The translations under genes were made by a program, and so were the position numbers. From Chitinophagaceae bacterium (GTDB lineage: Bacteria > Bacteroidota > Bacteroidia > Chitinophagales > Chitinophagaceae), in NCBI GenBank assembly GCA_037721715.1, contig JBBJOD010000001.1, forward strand, positions 1-37,659: a stretch of DNA of 37,659 nt, in the 5' to 3' direction. Under the pieces are notes generated by a model. The model made no database searches. It saw only the letters and a program-made list of their open reading frames with translations, and had not been told where the DNA came from. How positions within the stretch are numbered: the first letter of the stretch is position 1; each line of letters starts with the position of its first letter. Below are positions 9,078 through 18,012 of the stretch, piece after piece.

Positions 9078-9100
9078 AAAAAAAATTACACAATAAAAAA

Positions 9101-9108
9101 TATTTTTG
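9101..9108 (+). promoter_or_regulatory. candidate -7 box (TATTTTTG) upstream of the H1-like gene
   Basis: Matches TAnnTTTG and starts 74 nt upstream of the ATG at 9175. Confidence 0.3.
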
Positions 9109-9174
9109 TCAGTTAAGCAGAAGTTTTTACTTTTACTAGTGTATTTTTTTTACTAACTATTAAATTCTAAAAAC

Positions 9175-9312
9175 ATGGCCACTGCAAAAAAAGCTGCTCC
9201 TAAAAAAGCTGCTCCCAAAAAAGCTGCTCCCAAAGCTGCTCCTAAAAAAGCCGCTGCGAAAAAAGCTGCTCCTAAAAAAGCTGCTAAAAAAGCTGCTCCT
9301 AAAAAGAAATAA
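9175..9312 (+). CDS. histone H1-like Lys/Ala/Pro-rich small basic protein (45 aa)
   Basis: From the ATG at 9175 I read MATAKKAAPKKAAPKKAAPKAAPKKAAAKKAAPKKAAKKAAPKKK, ending at TAA 9310..9312. A strong terminator follows and a TAnnTTTG box lies upstream. It is absent from the ORF track because it is under 60 aa. The listed 78-aa minus ORF is its antisense shadow. Confidence 0.65.
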   Translation: MATAKKAAPKKAAPKKAAPKAAPKKAAAKKAAPKKAAKKAAPKKK

Positions 9313-9337
9313 TATTTCTTTCTAAAGCAAAATAGCA

Positions 9338-9369
9338 AGTCCCGGAATTTCTTCCGGGACTTTTTTTTT
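9338..9369 (+). terminator. rho-independent terminator after the H1-like gene
   Basis: Perfect 10-bp stem AGTCCCGGAA/TTCCGGGACT with loop TTTC, followed by T8. Confidence 0.75.
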
Positions 9370-9647
9370 GATACGATCAGTAGGTACATTGAGTAATGTC
9401 ACAATGATATAACCAGGCAAAAGCAGCGCTGGTACTGGTTCTTAAGGCTTCTAATTCTTTGAGACTACTTTCATTCAATAAAGGCGGATGCAAACACAAC
9501 AGTAGAATCGGCAAATATAAATCTTAAGGCTTATTTCGTTCACTACCAGAATAAATTTGGATGACTCATTCAAAGGCAGCCTGAATAATTATGATTGCTT
9601 AATTTATTTCCTACTTTTATTACGCAATTATTTTCCAAAAAACCCTT

Positions 9648-11326
9648 ATGCCTTCAGATAACTTTTACATAGCAAATCAGTTTTCCATGCTTTCAAAACT
9701 CATGGAGATACATGGAGAAAATTCTTTCAAATCAAAATCTTACTCAATCGCAGCCTTCAATATTGAAAAATTACCGGTAATAATCGGAGATATTGATCGT
9801 CATAAAATATTTTCTTTTAAGGGTATTGGCGATAACATTGGAAAGAAAATCATCGAAATTTTAGAGAAGGGCGAATTGTCTCAACTTCAGGATCTAATTA
9901 AGAAAACTCCTCCCGGCATAATAGAAATGTTACAGATAAAAGGATTGGGCCCTAAAAAAATTTCTGTAATCTGGAAAGAGATGGAAAAATAGAGTCTGTC
10001 GGTGAATTGTTATATGCATGCAATGAGAACCGCCTTTCACTGATCAAAGGCTTTGGAGAAAAAACGCAGAAGAATGTGCAGGAAGCTATTGAGTTCTACC
10101 ACAAAAGCCATGGATGCTATCTATACTCGGAAGCGGAACAGTATTCTCATGCAATTACTCAAAAACTAACAACCGCTTTTACTTCTAATAAGTTCGAGCC
10201 GACAGGCGAATTGAGGCGTCAATTGGAGATCATTAACATACTGGAATGGGTGACTACCCTCTCGAAAACGGAGCTAAGCAAATTTTTTGCTTCGCTACTA
10301 TTTGAGTGTAAAACAGAGAATGAAAACAGTATTGTTTTTAGTGGTACCGAAGGGCTTGATCTCAAATTTCACCTAACTACGGCAGATACATTTACCCAAG
10401 TACTGTTCGAAACCAGTGGCAGTGAGGAATTTCTCGAGGCATGTAGTCAAATGCCAAATTGGAGTAACAGATCCAGCATGTATTCGGAAGAAGCGCTTTT
10501 TTCCACTTTAGGATTACCGTTCATTCCGCCTTATCTCCGGGAAACTGTAGGCGTAGTTGGTCTAGCTGATCTTCCAGTAATTATTCAGCCACATGATATT
10601 AGCGGAATTGTTCATTGCCATAGCAACTGGAGCGATGGCAACCATAGCGTTGAAGAACTGGCTGAAGCGTGTATTGCGCTGAAAATGGAATACCTGGTTC
10701 TTAGCGACCATAGTAAAAGTGCGTTTTACGCCAATGGTTTGCAGGAAGTCCGTATTCATTCGCAGCAGGAACAAATTGTTGAATTGAATGAAAAATTAAG
10801 GCCGTTTAAAATATTTAAGAGTATCGAATGCGATATCCTTAATGATGGCTCTCTCGATTACCCCGACGACATTCTTTCAACTTTCGACCTTGTCATTGCA
10901 TCTATTCATTCCAATTTAAAAATGACTGAACAAAAAGCAATGTCACGATTATTGGGTGCAATAGAAAATCCGTACACAACAATTCTCGGCCATATGACGG
11001 GTCGTTTGTTATTAAGCAGGAGTGGTTACCCCGTAAATCATAAAAAAATAATTGAAGCATGTGCAGCTAACCATGTTGCAATCGAACTGAATGCACATCC
11101 TCGTCGGCTTGATATGGACTGGAGATGGATCAGTTATGCAATGCAGTGCGGCGTACTTATTTCAATTAACCCCGATGCGCATTATCTACATGGACTTGAT
11201 TATACACGGTATGGTGTTTTGTCGGCTCAAAAGGCTGGCTTAACAAAAGAAAAAAACCTGAGCAGTTTCAGCCTCAATGAATTTGAAAAGTATTTGGCTG
11301 CGACAAAAAAAAGGAAAGGCATCTAA
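9648..11326 (+). pseudogene. PolX-family HhH + PHP-domain protein, interrupted by a 1-nt frameshift (ORFs 9648..9992 and 9956/10007..11326)
   Basis: The N-terminal ORF carries HhH motifs (GIGDNIGKKI, IKGLGPKKI). The downstream ORF carries the PolX core (GELRR) and a complete PHP motif set (HCHSNWSDG, SDHS, SIHS, ELNAH, NPDAH). The two frames overlap at 9956..9992 and would be joined by one extra A in the A5 run at 9985..9989. Confidence 0.7.
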
Positions 11327-11449
11327 GGTTCATCATTTCGGTGCGCGCACTTATGACACGTTTCATCGACCCTGCCAGGCGCCAACATGGCTATTTCAAG
11401 ACATGAGATTCCGCAACGGATATCTGGTCCTGATCCCAGCACCTTCCAC

Positions 11450-14400
11450 CTAATTAGCAGTCCTGATAACCGGCAGCTCAACAAAAAAAGAAGCACCCTT
11501 GCCTTCAATTGTTTTAAACCAGATATTGCCTTTGGCTTGTTCTACAATTGTTTTACTCATTGCCAGTCCCAGTCCTGTACCAGATGACTTAGTAGTAAAA
11601 TTGGGTGTAAATATTTTAGACTGCATCGGCTCTGGAATCCCATCGCCGTTATCTGTCACAGTTATAATAACCTTGTCAGCATAAACTTCCTCTGTTACAA
11701 TCACCAGGCATTTTCCGCGGCTGGTACATGCTTCGACAGCATTCTGGAAAAGATTTGTAAAAAGGCGATTTAATTGGGTTTTATCGGCCCGGACAAGAAT
11801 ACGCTGATCCAGTGGTTTCCATTTAAATTGCAGGTTATCCATGGATTCATAAAGCGATGAAAGAGAATATAGTATGTCATGCAGGTCAAATACTTCATTA
11901 CGTACGTTGCCAATATTGGCGAATTGAGAAAAATCTGCCGCTATCTTCGATAAGTGATCTATTTGCTCAATCAAAGTCCGTGCAACATTGGATGACAGCT
12001 CCTTCACGTTAACCGAATCGTTGTCTATTGCTTTTTGCAAATACTGGATACTTAGCTTCATGGGGGTTAATGGATTTTTAATCTCATGCGCCACCTGCCT
12101 GGCCATCTCACGCCAGGCACCTTCCCGTTCACTTTTTGCAAGGGCCAGCGCACTGTCTCCAAGCTTAACTACCATTTTGTTGTATTCCTTTACCAAACCA
12201 CCAATTTCATCATCCCTGTTCCAGGCAATCTCTTCATTTAATTTGCCAAGGTTTATCTCTCTCATTTTATGACCGATCAGAAGGAAAGACGATGTAATTC
12301 GGTTTGTAATAAACAGGGCAATTACACCAGCAACAAGGAAAATAAATGCATTAAGGTTAATGATGGTAACCAGGAAATTTGAAATCTCTTTTTTCAGTTC
12401 CTCCTGGGAAACAAATGACGGAATGTTGAGGTAAGCATAAGCTTCACCGTTAGGATACCTTACCGGGCTGTAAATGCTTTGATAAACCACATCACCCATT
12501 TGCTCCTGGTTGATGTATTGAACCAGTTCTTCCTTGCTCATGTGGTAATATGCCTGCGGGTTCATCTTAGTACTTAAGATACCCTCTCCATAGATAAATG
12601 GGTTTGAAGCAACCTGTAATGTACCATCGAGTTCATACAGGTTGATTTCTGCGCCGTGTATTTCCGCCACATCTTTCAGCAATCTTTCTAGCCTATCTTT
12701 CGGATCTGTTTCATAAAGCATCAGTTCGTCAATATACTCTTCCTGGTCCTGGATCTGCTTTTGTATGTCGTTGGCCATTATCTGGATGGCTTTACTCAGT
12801 CGTTCCTGGTTGTTTTTATCATAGCGATTGTTAAAAAATATAATAGTAGCTACTCCTATTACCAGGAACGAAAACAAGCTGATGAAAATAATGGTACCAT
12901 GGATCTGCGAGCGAATGTTTAACTGCCAGTATTGCCTGATAACAGACCAACGCATCCTTGATTGTATCAGCAACGTGATGATCCTGAATATAGCCACCAA
13001 CAGTAAAAATGTACTGAAAATATAAGCAAAGAGCGTAATGGCTTCAATAAAATAATTGTCTTTTTTTGCAAATATTACCACCTTGTCTTTTCCTTCGATA
13101 TACCATAATTCGTCATAACCGTTTTTATTATATTGCTTAAACCCCTGCTTGGGAACGTCGGTTTGCCGCAGATGAGTAGGAAAAGGATAGTTGTTATAAT
13201 AGTCAAACAGTTCTAAATTGTTGTAAACCGCGTAAGAATAAATGGGAGAATACTCTGGCAAAAAATCCTTGTTCTGCCTAAAAAGTTCAGGCACCAACGC
13301 ATCGCTCTTATATCGCTTGGGATCATACAAAACGAAAAAATAACCAATTGCCTTATCGGTACTGTCTAACACCACTTTTTTAAAAATGTAAGAATATTTA
13401 TCGAATGCTTTTTCAAAATACCGGACATCATTTACAGATGTAAGTTTGCCTTCAATTTCAAAAATGGTGTTTAGCGTGTCAAAAGATACCGGTTGCCTGT
13501 TAAACAACGGCGATTTACCGGCATCGAATGTGTAAATCTTGGTGTCGAAAATATTAAGGAAAGGGCTAAAATTTTTTGTCGCAAGGCTATCCTTCAGATA
13601 AGTATTGGAAGCTGCAATTTTAAACCGGTCAAAATTGTGAAAAAGGAAATCATTATCGAAGTACGTCAACGCTATGCTTATTAACCTTTCGCCAGTAGGA
13701 TCAGCCTGGGTAGATAATTTTTCTGCGGTACGCTTGCGTTGATCCAATTCAATTTTCTGGTTCTCATAGATTATAATAATTGAAATGGAGATGGAAAAAA
13801 TAAACAACCAGAATAAAACTATGGAGATATTCAGTTTATGAAAGAGACCCGAAAAAACGCGTCTCTGCATCAACCATACATAAACCAGCAACCAAACCAA
13901 AGCGTATAAATTCAATTCTGTAACCGGAGAATGACCGATAAGCGTTACAATAGAGAGTCCTGCAATTGCAATAATAATGAACAACCCGTACTTTCTTTCT
14001 ATTAATAATGGCTCGATCAGCCTCAATGTTATCTTCGACAGAAAGAAAAAAGCAAATGAGATACTTGCAAGCACCAAGAAACCGACAAAACTATAAACAT
14101 TCAGGCTAAAAAAATTAGTCACATTGAAAGATATTCTCGCATCAGCAATTAAACTCTGGATAATATCAGCGCCTGAAAACGTCAGAATCACCAGAAGAAT
14201 AAGCGAGCTAAGAACTAAAGGCCAGCGCCAGCGAGAATCTTTGAAGGTAGCCAGGGTTCGTTTCCCCACTACATTTCTTATAAATATCACTACCCAGGAG
14301 AATAGGAATGAATTAATAAGCAAATCGCCCAGCGAATTAAGGATGTACCCGGAGCTGTAAATACTTGGATGAAACAATTCGTATTGACTAATGCCTACCA

Positions 14401-15211
14401 GCCTTGGAAACAGGTAGGTAAGGGCTCGGAGGAATATCAGTGTTCCAATCAAAAAAATGATCCCGGTAAGATACCCAACAGACCTGGCAATATAACCTGC
14501 CATATTATTTAAGAAGATGAGCAAGAACAATACGGCAATTAAGCCCAGGCCCAGTGAAAACCAATTGCTATTATTTTCGCTATAGGCCGGTTTAGAATAT
14601 AGGTGAAACAACGTGTTTCCATAAGAACTCTTTACAGGATAGTTTGTAGGATTTGGTGATATCCCAATCTTTTTTTCTGCCTGCCTGTGCTGGACAAATT
14701 CTGTTTTAAGGCTGTTTATCTGGATAAAGTATTCTTTGTGGATCGGTATCAGCCCTATTACAACAATGTTTTTTCCATCACTTAGATGAACAGTGCGGTG
14801 CATAAATTCATACTGCCCGCTAGGTAGCTTTGCGAATCCACTGTTTTCTTTACCACTAAGTATTTCGGAAGTAGGTAATGCGTATTGGTTATTCCAGAAT
14901 TTTAAGGTGATAAGTCCATACAGGTGCGGTTCGTATACGTATACCCCATACTGCTTCTCCGTAATAATTTTCAGGTCATCTTCGCTATATTGCTGGCTGG
15001 CCAATCTTCTCAGTAAAGAGGTATCACGGATTATTCCGTTGAAATCCTTTTCCTGTCTTTGAATGTATCTTTCAATGGATGTTCTTAAATACTTAATCGA
15101 ATTAAAATCTGTCCAGTAATTATTAATGATGAAGGCAATGGTAAAAAGCCAGGCAGCAGCCAATAAAAAATACGCATTCCTGCGTAATTCCATTTGTATT
15201 AAGTTCTTCAA
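11450..15211 (-). CDS. large polytopic sensor histidine kinase (HAMP-HisKA-HATPase_c), no adjacent response regulator
   Basis: 1253 aa with many hydrophobic segments and two long extracytoplasmic-looking loops. It has a HAMP-like linker, H-box VAHEIKNPLTPM, N-box NLFQNAVEA and G-boxes DNGDGIP and GTGLGLAMSK. Confidence 0.85.
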   Translation of the reverse strand: MKNLIQMELRRNAYFLLAAAWLFTIAFIINNYWTDFNSIKYLRTSIERYIQRQEKDFNGIIRDTSLLRRLASQQYSEDDLKIITEKQYGVYVYEPHLYGLITLKFWNNQYALPTSEILSGKENSGFAKLPSGQYEFMHRTVHLSDGKNIVVIGLIPIHKEYFIQINSLKTEFVQHRQAEKKIGISPNPTNYPVKSSYGNTLFHLYSKPAYSENNSNWFSLGLGLIAVLFLLIFLNNMAGYIARSVGYLTGIIFLIGTLIFLRALTYLFPRLVGISQYELFHPSIYSSGYILNSLGDLLINSFLFSWVVIFIRNVVGKRTLATFKDSRWRWPLVLSSLILLVILTFSGADIIQSLIADARISFNVTNFFSLNVYSFVGFLVLASISFAFFFLSKITLRLIEPLLIERKYGLFIIIAIAGLSIVTLIGHSPVTELNLYALVWLLVYVWLMQRRVFSGLFHKLNISIVLFWLFIFSISISIIIIYENQKIELDQRKRTAEKLSTQADPTGERLISIALTYFDNDFLFHNFDRFKIAASNTYLKDSLATKNFSPFLNIFDTKIYTFDAGKSPLFNRQPVSFDTLNTIFEIEGKLTSVNDVRYFEKAFDKYSYIFKKVVLDSTDKAIGYFFVLYDPKRYKSDALVPELFRQNKDFLPEYSPIYSYAVYNNLELFDYYNNYPFPTHLRQTDVPKQGFKQYNKNGYDELWYIEGKDKVVIFAKKDNYFIEAITLFAYIFSTFLLLVAIFRIITLLIQSRMRWSVIRQYWQLNIRSQIHGTIIFISLFSFLVIGVATIIFFNNRYDKNNQERLSKAIQIMANDIQKQIQDQEEYIDELMLYETDPKDRLERLLKDVAEIHGAEINLYELDGTLQVASNPFIYGEGILSTKMNPQAYYHMSKEELVQYINQEQMGDVVYQSIYSPVRYPNGEAYAYLNIPSFVSQEELKKEISNFLVTIINLNAFIFLVAGVIALFITNRITSSFLLIGHKMREINLGKLNEEIAWNRDDEIGGLVKEYNKMVVKLGDSALALAKSEREGAWREMARQVAHEIKNPLTPMKLSIQYLQKAIDNDSVNVKELSSNVARTLIEQIDHLSKIAADFSQFANIGNVRNEVFDLHDILYSLSSLYESMDNLQFKWKPLDQRILVRADKTQLNRLFTNLFQNAVEACTSRGKCLVIVTEEVYADKVIITVTDNGDGIPEPMQSKIFTPNFTTKSSGTGLGLAMSKTIVEQAKGNIWFKTIEGKGASFFVELPVIRTAN

Positions 15212-15216
15212 TAAAG

Positions 15217-15987
15217 TTATTTTTGTAATTTAATTGCATTCCAGATAGCATCCATTTCCGAAAGACTCAAATCAGGCAACGACCGGCCATCCTTTGCTGC
15301 CATTTCCTCCATCCTGTTAAATCGATCAATAAACTTCTTGTTTGTTTTTTCCAATGCATTCTCAGCATCTATCTGCAAAAATCGTGCATAGTTGATCAGT
15401 GAAAAAACCACGTCTCCGAATTCCTCTTCAATTTTAGCATGTTCGTTCATGCTTACCGCTTCTTCCAGCTCGTTCATTTCTTCCTCTACTTTTTCCAGGA
15501 CCTGCGTCTTGTTCTCCCATTCAAAACCGACCTGTTTAGCTTTCTCCTGTAATCGCATTGCCTTTACCAAAGCAGGCAGGGACTTTGGTACGCCACTAAT
15601 AATTGAAGCTTTGCCCTCCTTCAACTTCAATTTTTCCCAGTTGCGCTTAACTTCTTCTTCATCCTTTACTGTAACATCTGCGTAAATATGAGGATGCCTT
15701 GTTATCAGTTTGTTTGCAATGCCCTCTATGACCTCCTGCAACGTAAATGCAGATTGCTCGTTGCCGATCCTGGCATAAAATAATATATGTAACATAAGGT
15801 CGCCCAACTCCTCTTTTATTCCCTTCCAGTCCTGCTCTGTAATGGCGTCTGCCAGTTCATAAGTTTCTTCAATGGTCAGTTGTCGAAGGCTCTGTATTGT
15901 TTGCTTACTATCCCACGGACACTTTTCACGAAGTTCGTCCATGATTTCCACCAATTTTGAAAAGGAACCCTCCAGCGAGTTAGACAT
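15217..15987 (-). CDS. mazG: nucleoside triphosphate pyrophosphohydrolase MazG
   Basis: Tandem MazG motifs (EETYELADAI...EELGDLMLHI and EEMNELEEAV...EEFGDVVFSL). The likely start is MSNSLEGSF (ATG at 15987). The 24-residue hydrophobic extension to 16059 looks spurious. Confidence 0.85.
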   Translation of the reverse strand: MSNSLEGSFSKLVEIMDELREKCPWDSKQTIQSLRQLTIEETYELADAITEQDWKGIKEELGDLMLHILFYARIGNEQSAFTLQEVIEGIANKLITRHPHIYADVTVKDEEEVKRNWEKLKLKEGKASIISGVPKSLPALVKAMRLQEKAKQVGFEWENKTQVLEKVEEEMNELEEAVSMNEHAKIEEEFGDVVFSLINYARFLQIDAENALEKTNKKFIDRFNRMEEMAAKDGRSLPDLSLSEMDAIWNAIKLQK

Positions 15988-16680
15988 ACAAAATTTTAAA
16001 GTTAAAATACAGAAAATAAAAAGAAAGCGATAAATAACATATATATATAGTGGTTGCAATCATAAAAATATTTACCCAATCCCATCCAAGTGACTTCTTC
16101 ATTTTAAGAAAAGCAAGGTAAACTAACCACGAAATAAAAGTGAAAATGATAAATGAATGCTGAATATTGCATAGTCAACATAATAGAATAGAACGCGCCT
16201 TATAGAAAGCAACTTAAGCAGTAATGCAAATATAAGAAGCGATACAAACAGAAGTCGGGGAACATAGGGATGAATTCTGACAACCAGGTGTAAAAAAACC
16301 TTTAGGATCTGTTTGCATTTTTTTATGATTTCCAACTGCTTATTTACCATAGTTCTTTGAAACCAGCCATTACGCTTACCAGCGGGCAACAACGCCTGGG
16401 CAGAATCGATTGTTAATGTTGAACATTGCAAAAAAACTAGAATTCAAAATGAGTACTGTCATGTAAAAAATGAGTCACTAGGCTAAAAACAGCTTCTTTA
16501 GGTGAAATATTTTCCTGCACGCGCGAATGAAAAAATCGACCATGTAGTTTGGAGCTGCAATTCAAATAATTTTTTTCTTATCTCACACGTGAATGTGAAA
16601 TTTATACTTTTAATTAAAAATAACAAGAATTTAGTAGCAAAATAAAGTATTAATTGACCGGGATTTCCGTTTATTGCATA

Positions 16681-17544
16681 ATGGCTAAACGTCAAATCAA
16701 TATCAGGGGCATTATTGTAATGATGCTTTTAACGGCAACCTCTCTGACTGCTTTGTGCCAATATTATTACAAAGACCTGGAGACTACTAAACAAATTAAT
16801 GATACCTATAAAATTTACAAGACAAACAAAATAAACCTGGTAACATTAAAAAGCTTCCAGGGAAAGATTCCGGTTACCGAAGGATTTTTGTGTGAACAGA
16901 AAGTAAACTTGTCCAGGAACCAGGTGTTTACTTATACCAAAACATCTGACCTGGGAGAATCATTTTTTACCGCATACTATAATGCTTTAGGGTTACTTAC
17001 CAGGACAACGGACAGCAGCCAGGAAGCAGTGAGTACTTCCATTTATACCTATGATACCAGACAGCTACTTGCAAATTTGACTCATACAACCCGTGCGGGA
17101 GACAACAGTTCTTCCACTTCAGAATTGCATACCTGGCAATATAATACTAACGGCAAGCCACTGACTATGACGCGCATTAAGAATGGAACTGATTCCACGT
17201 TGGTAGCCTTCACGTTGGATGAAAAAGGCAATGTAATAGAAGAGCAGGCAACTCATAAAAACAGGGTGTCAGGAAAGTATTATTATTATTTCGATGAAAA
17301 GAATCGCATGACGGACGTTGTTCGTTTCAATGCAAAAGCAAATCGCCTGCTTCCCGATTACATGTTCGAATATGAAGAAAGTGATCAACTGTCGGCCATG
17401 ACGATTGTACCCGAAGGAAGCAGTGATTATCAAAAATGGTACTACACCTATGACGATGCCGGCTTGAAACTGGTTGAATTCTGTTATAATAAAAAGACAG
17501 AACTTTTAGGCAAGGTTGAATACAACTACACGGCAGGCAGGTAA
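16681..17544 (+). CDS. secreted hypothetical protein with YD/RHS-like short repeats
   Basis: Signal-peptide-like N-terminus MAKRQINIRGIIVMMLLTATSLTALCQ. It has repeated Y.YD..G-like units (YTYDTRQLL, WQYNTNGKPL, FTLDEKGNV, YYFDEKNRM, FEYEESDQL, YTYDDAGLKL). Confidence 0.6.
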   Translation: MAKRQINIRGIIVMMLLTATSLTALCQYYYKDLETTKQINDTYKIYKTNKINLVTLKSFQGKIPVTEGFLCEQKVNLSRNQVFTYTKTSDLGESFFTAYYNALGLLTRTTDSSQEAVSTSIYTYDTRQLLANLTHTTRAGDNSSSTSELHTWQYNTNGKPLTMTRIKNGTDSTLVAFTLDEKGNVIEEQATHKNRVSGKYYYYFDEKNRMTDVVRFNAKANRLLPDYMFEYEESDQLSAMTIVPEGSSDYQKWYYTYDDAGLKLVEFCYNKKTELLGKVEYNYTAGR

Positions 17545-18012
17545 TCGCCAGGTAATCTCCACTGTCAGCCCGAAAAATGATACATTGCACCTCGCTCGGC
17601 TCAGTGTCTTTTGAGTGCGGCCATTTCCGGTTTTTACACTCATCTGTGATTATTTGATACTGGTTGCAGAAAGCAGGAAACCATTGTATACAATCATCCA
17701 TTACAAAAATCCGGCTTTTAACATTAATTGCTTATTCATCCTGCATTACCGCTATTATATATGCATCAAAGCGTAAGCCGCAGGTATTTACGGGGCATTG
17801 ACACTGATTTGACATTCTGACTGATTACCATACTTGGGGAAAAAGGGTGATTTAACGCTAGCTAACATTAGTGAATTGATATATTTTGCGCAACAATTAG
17901 CTGGCAGCTTGGGCCTTAAGGGATTTCCGGGGAATGTGGGTCATAAAAAAAGAAGTCCCTCGGTTGAATGCACCAGTAACAAATTATAATTTACAAGCTG
18001 AAAACAATATGC

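Noticed and set aside
9153-9389. 78-aa minus-strand ORF (…LGAAFLAAFLGAAFF…) from the ORF track
   Set aside because: It is the reverse-complement reading of the AAAAAAGCTGCTCC repeats. The + strand gives a coherent KKAAP basic protein with its own ATG, stop and terminator, so the minus ORF is a shadow.
11323-11587. Small ORFs (11323..11508 minus, 11387..11587 plus) in the PolX/kinase convergent junction
   Set aside because: They overlap the 3' end of the large kinase gene, are Cys/Arg-rich and lack motifs. They are probably non-coding.
15988-16059. N-terminal extensions offered by the ORF track for mazG (to 16059), argD (to 3293), argF' (to 2034) and GH3 (to 8279)
   Set aside because: The extra residues lack resemblance to family N-termini. 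The conserved N-terminal sequence begins at an internal ATG or TTG in each case. These are kept only as alternatives.
16498-16695. 65-aa minus ORF upstream of the YD-like gene
   Set aside because: It overlaps the probable promoter and start region of 16681..17544 and has no features suggesting a real protein.
17327-17701. 124-aa minus-strand ORF overlapping the 3' end of the YD-like gene
   Set aside because: It overlaps a better-supported gene by about 220 nt, has a Cys/Gln/His-rich composition and shows no motifs.
16663-17929. Shared 10-mer GGGATTTCCG at 16663..16672 and 17920..17929 (and a similar ATTTCCGG at about 17623) as a possible regulator site
   Set aside because: Many 10-mer coincidences are expected by chance in a 37.7 kb window, and there is no extended similarity around the matches.
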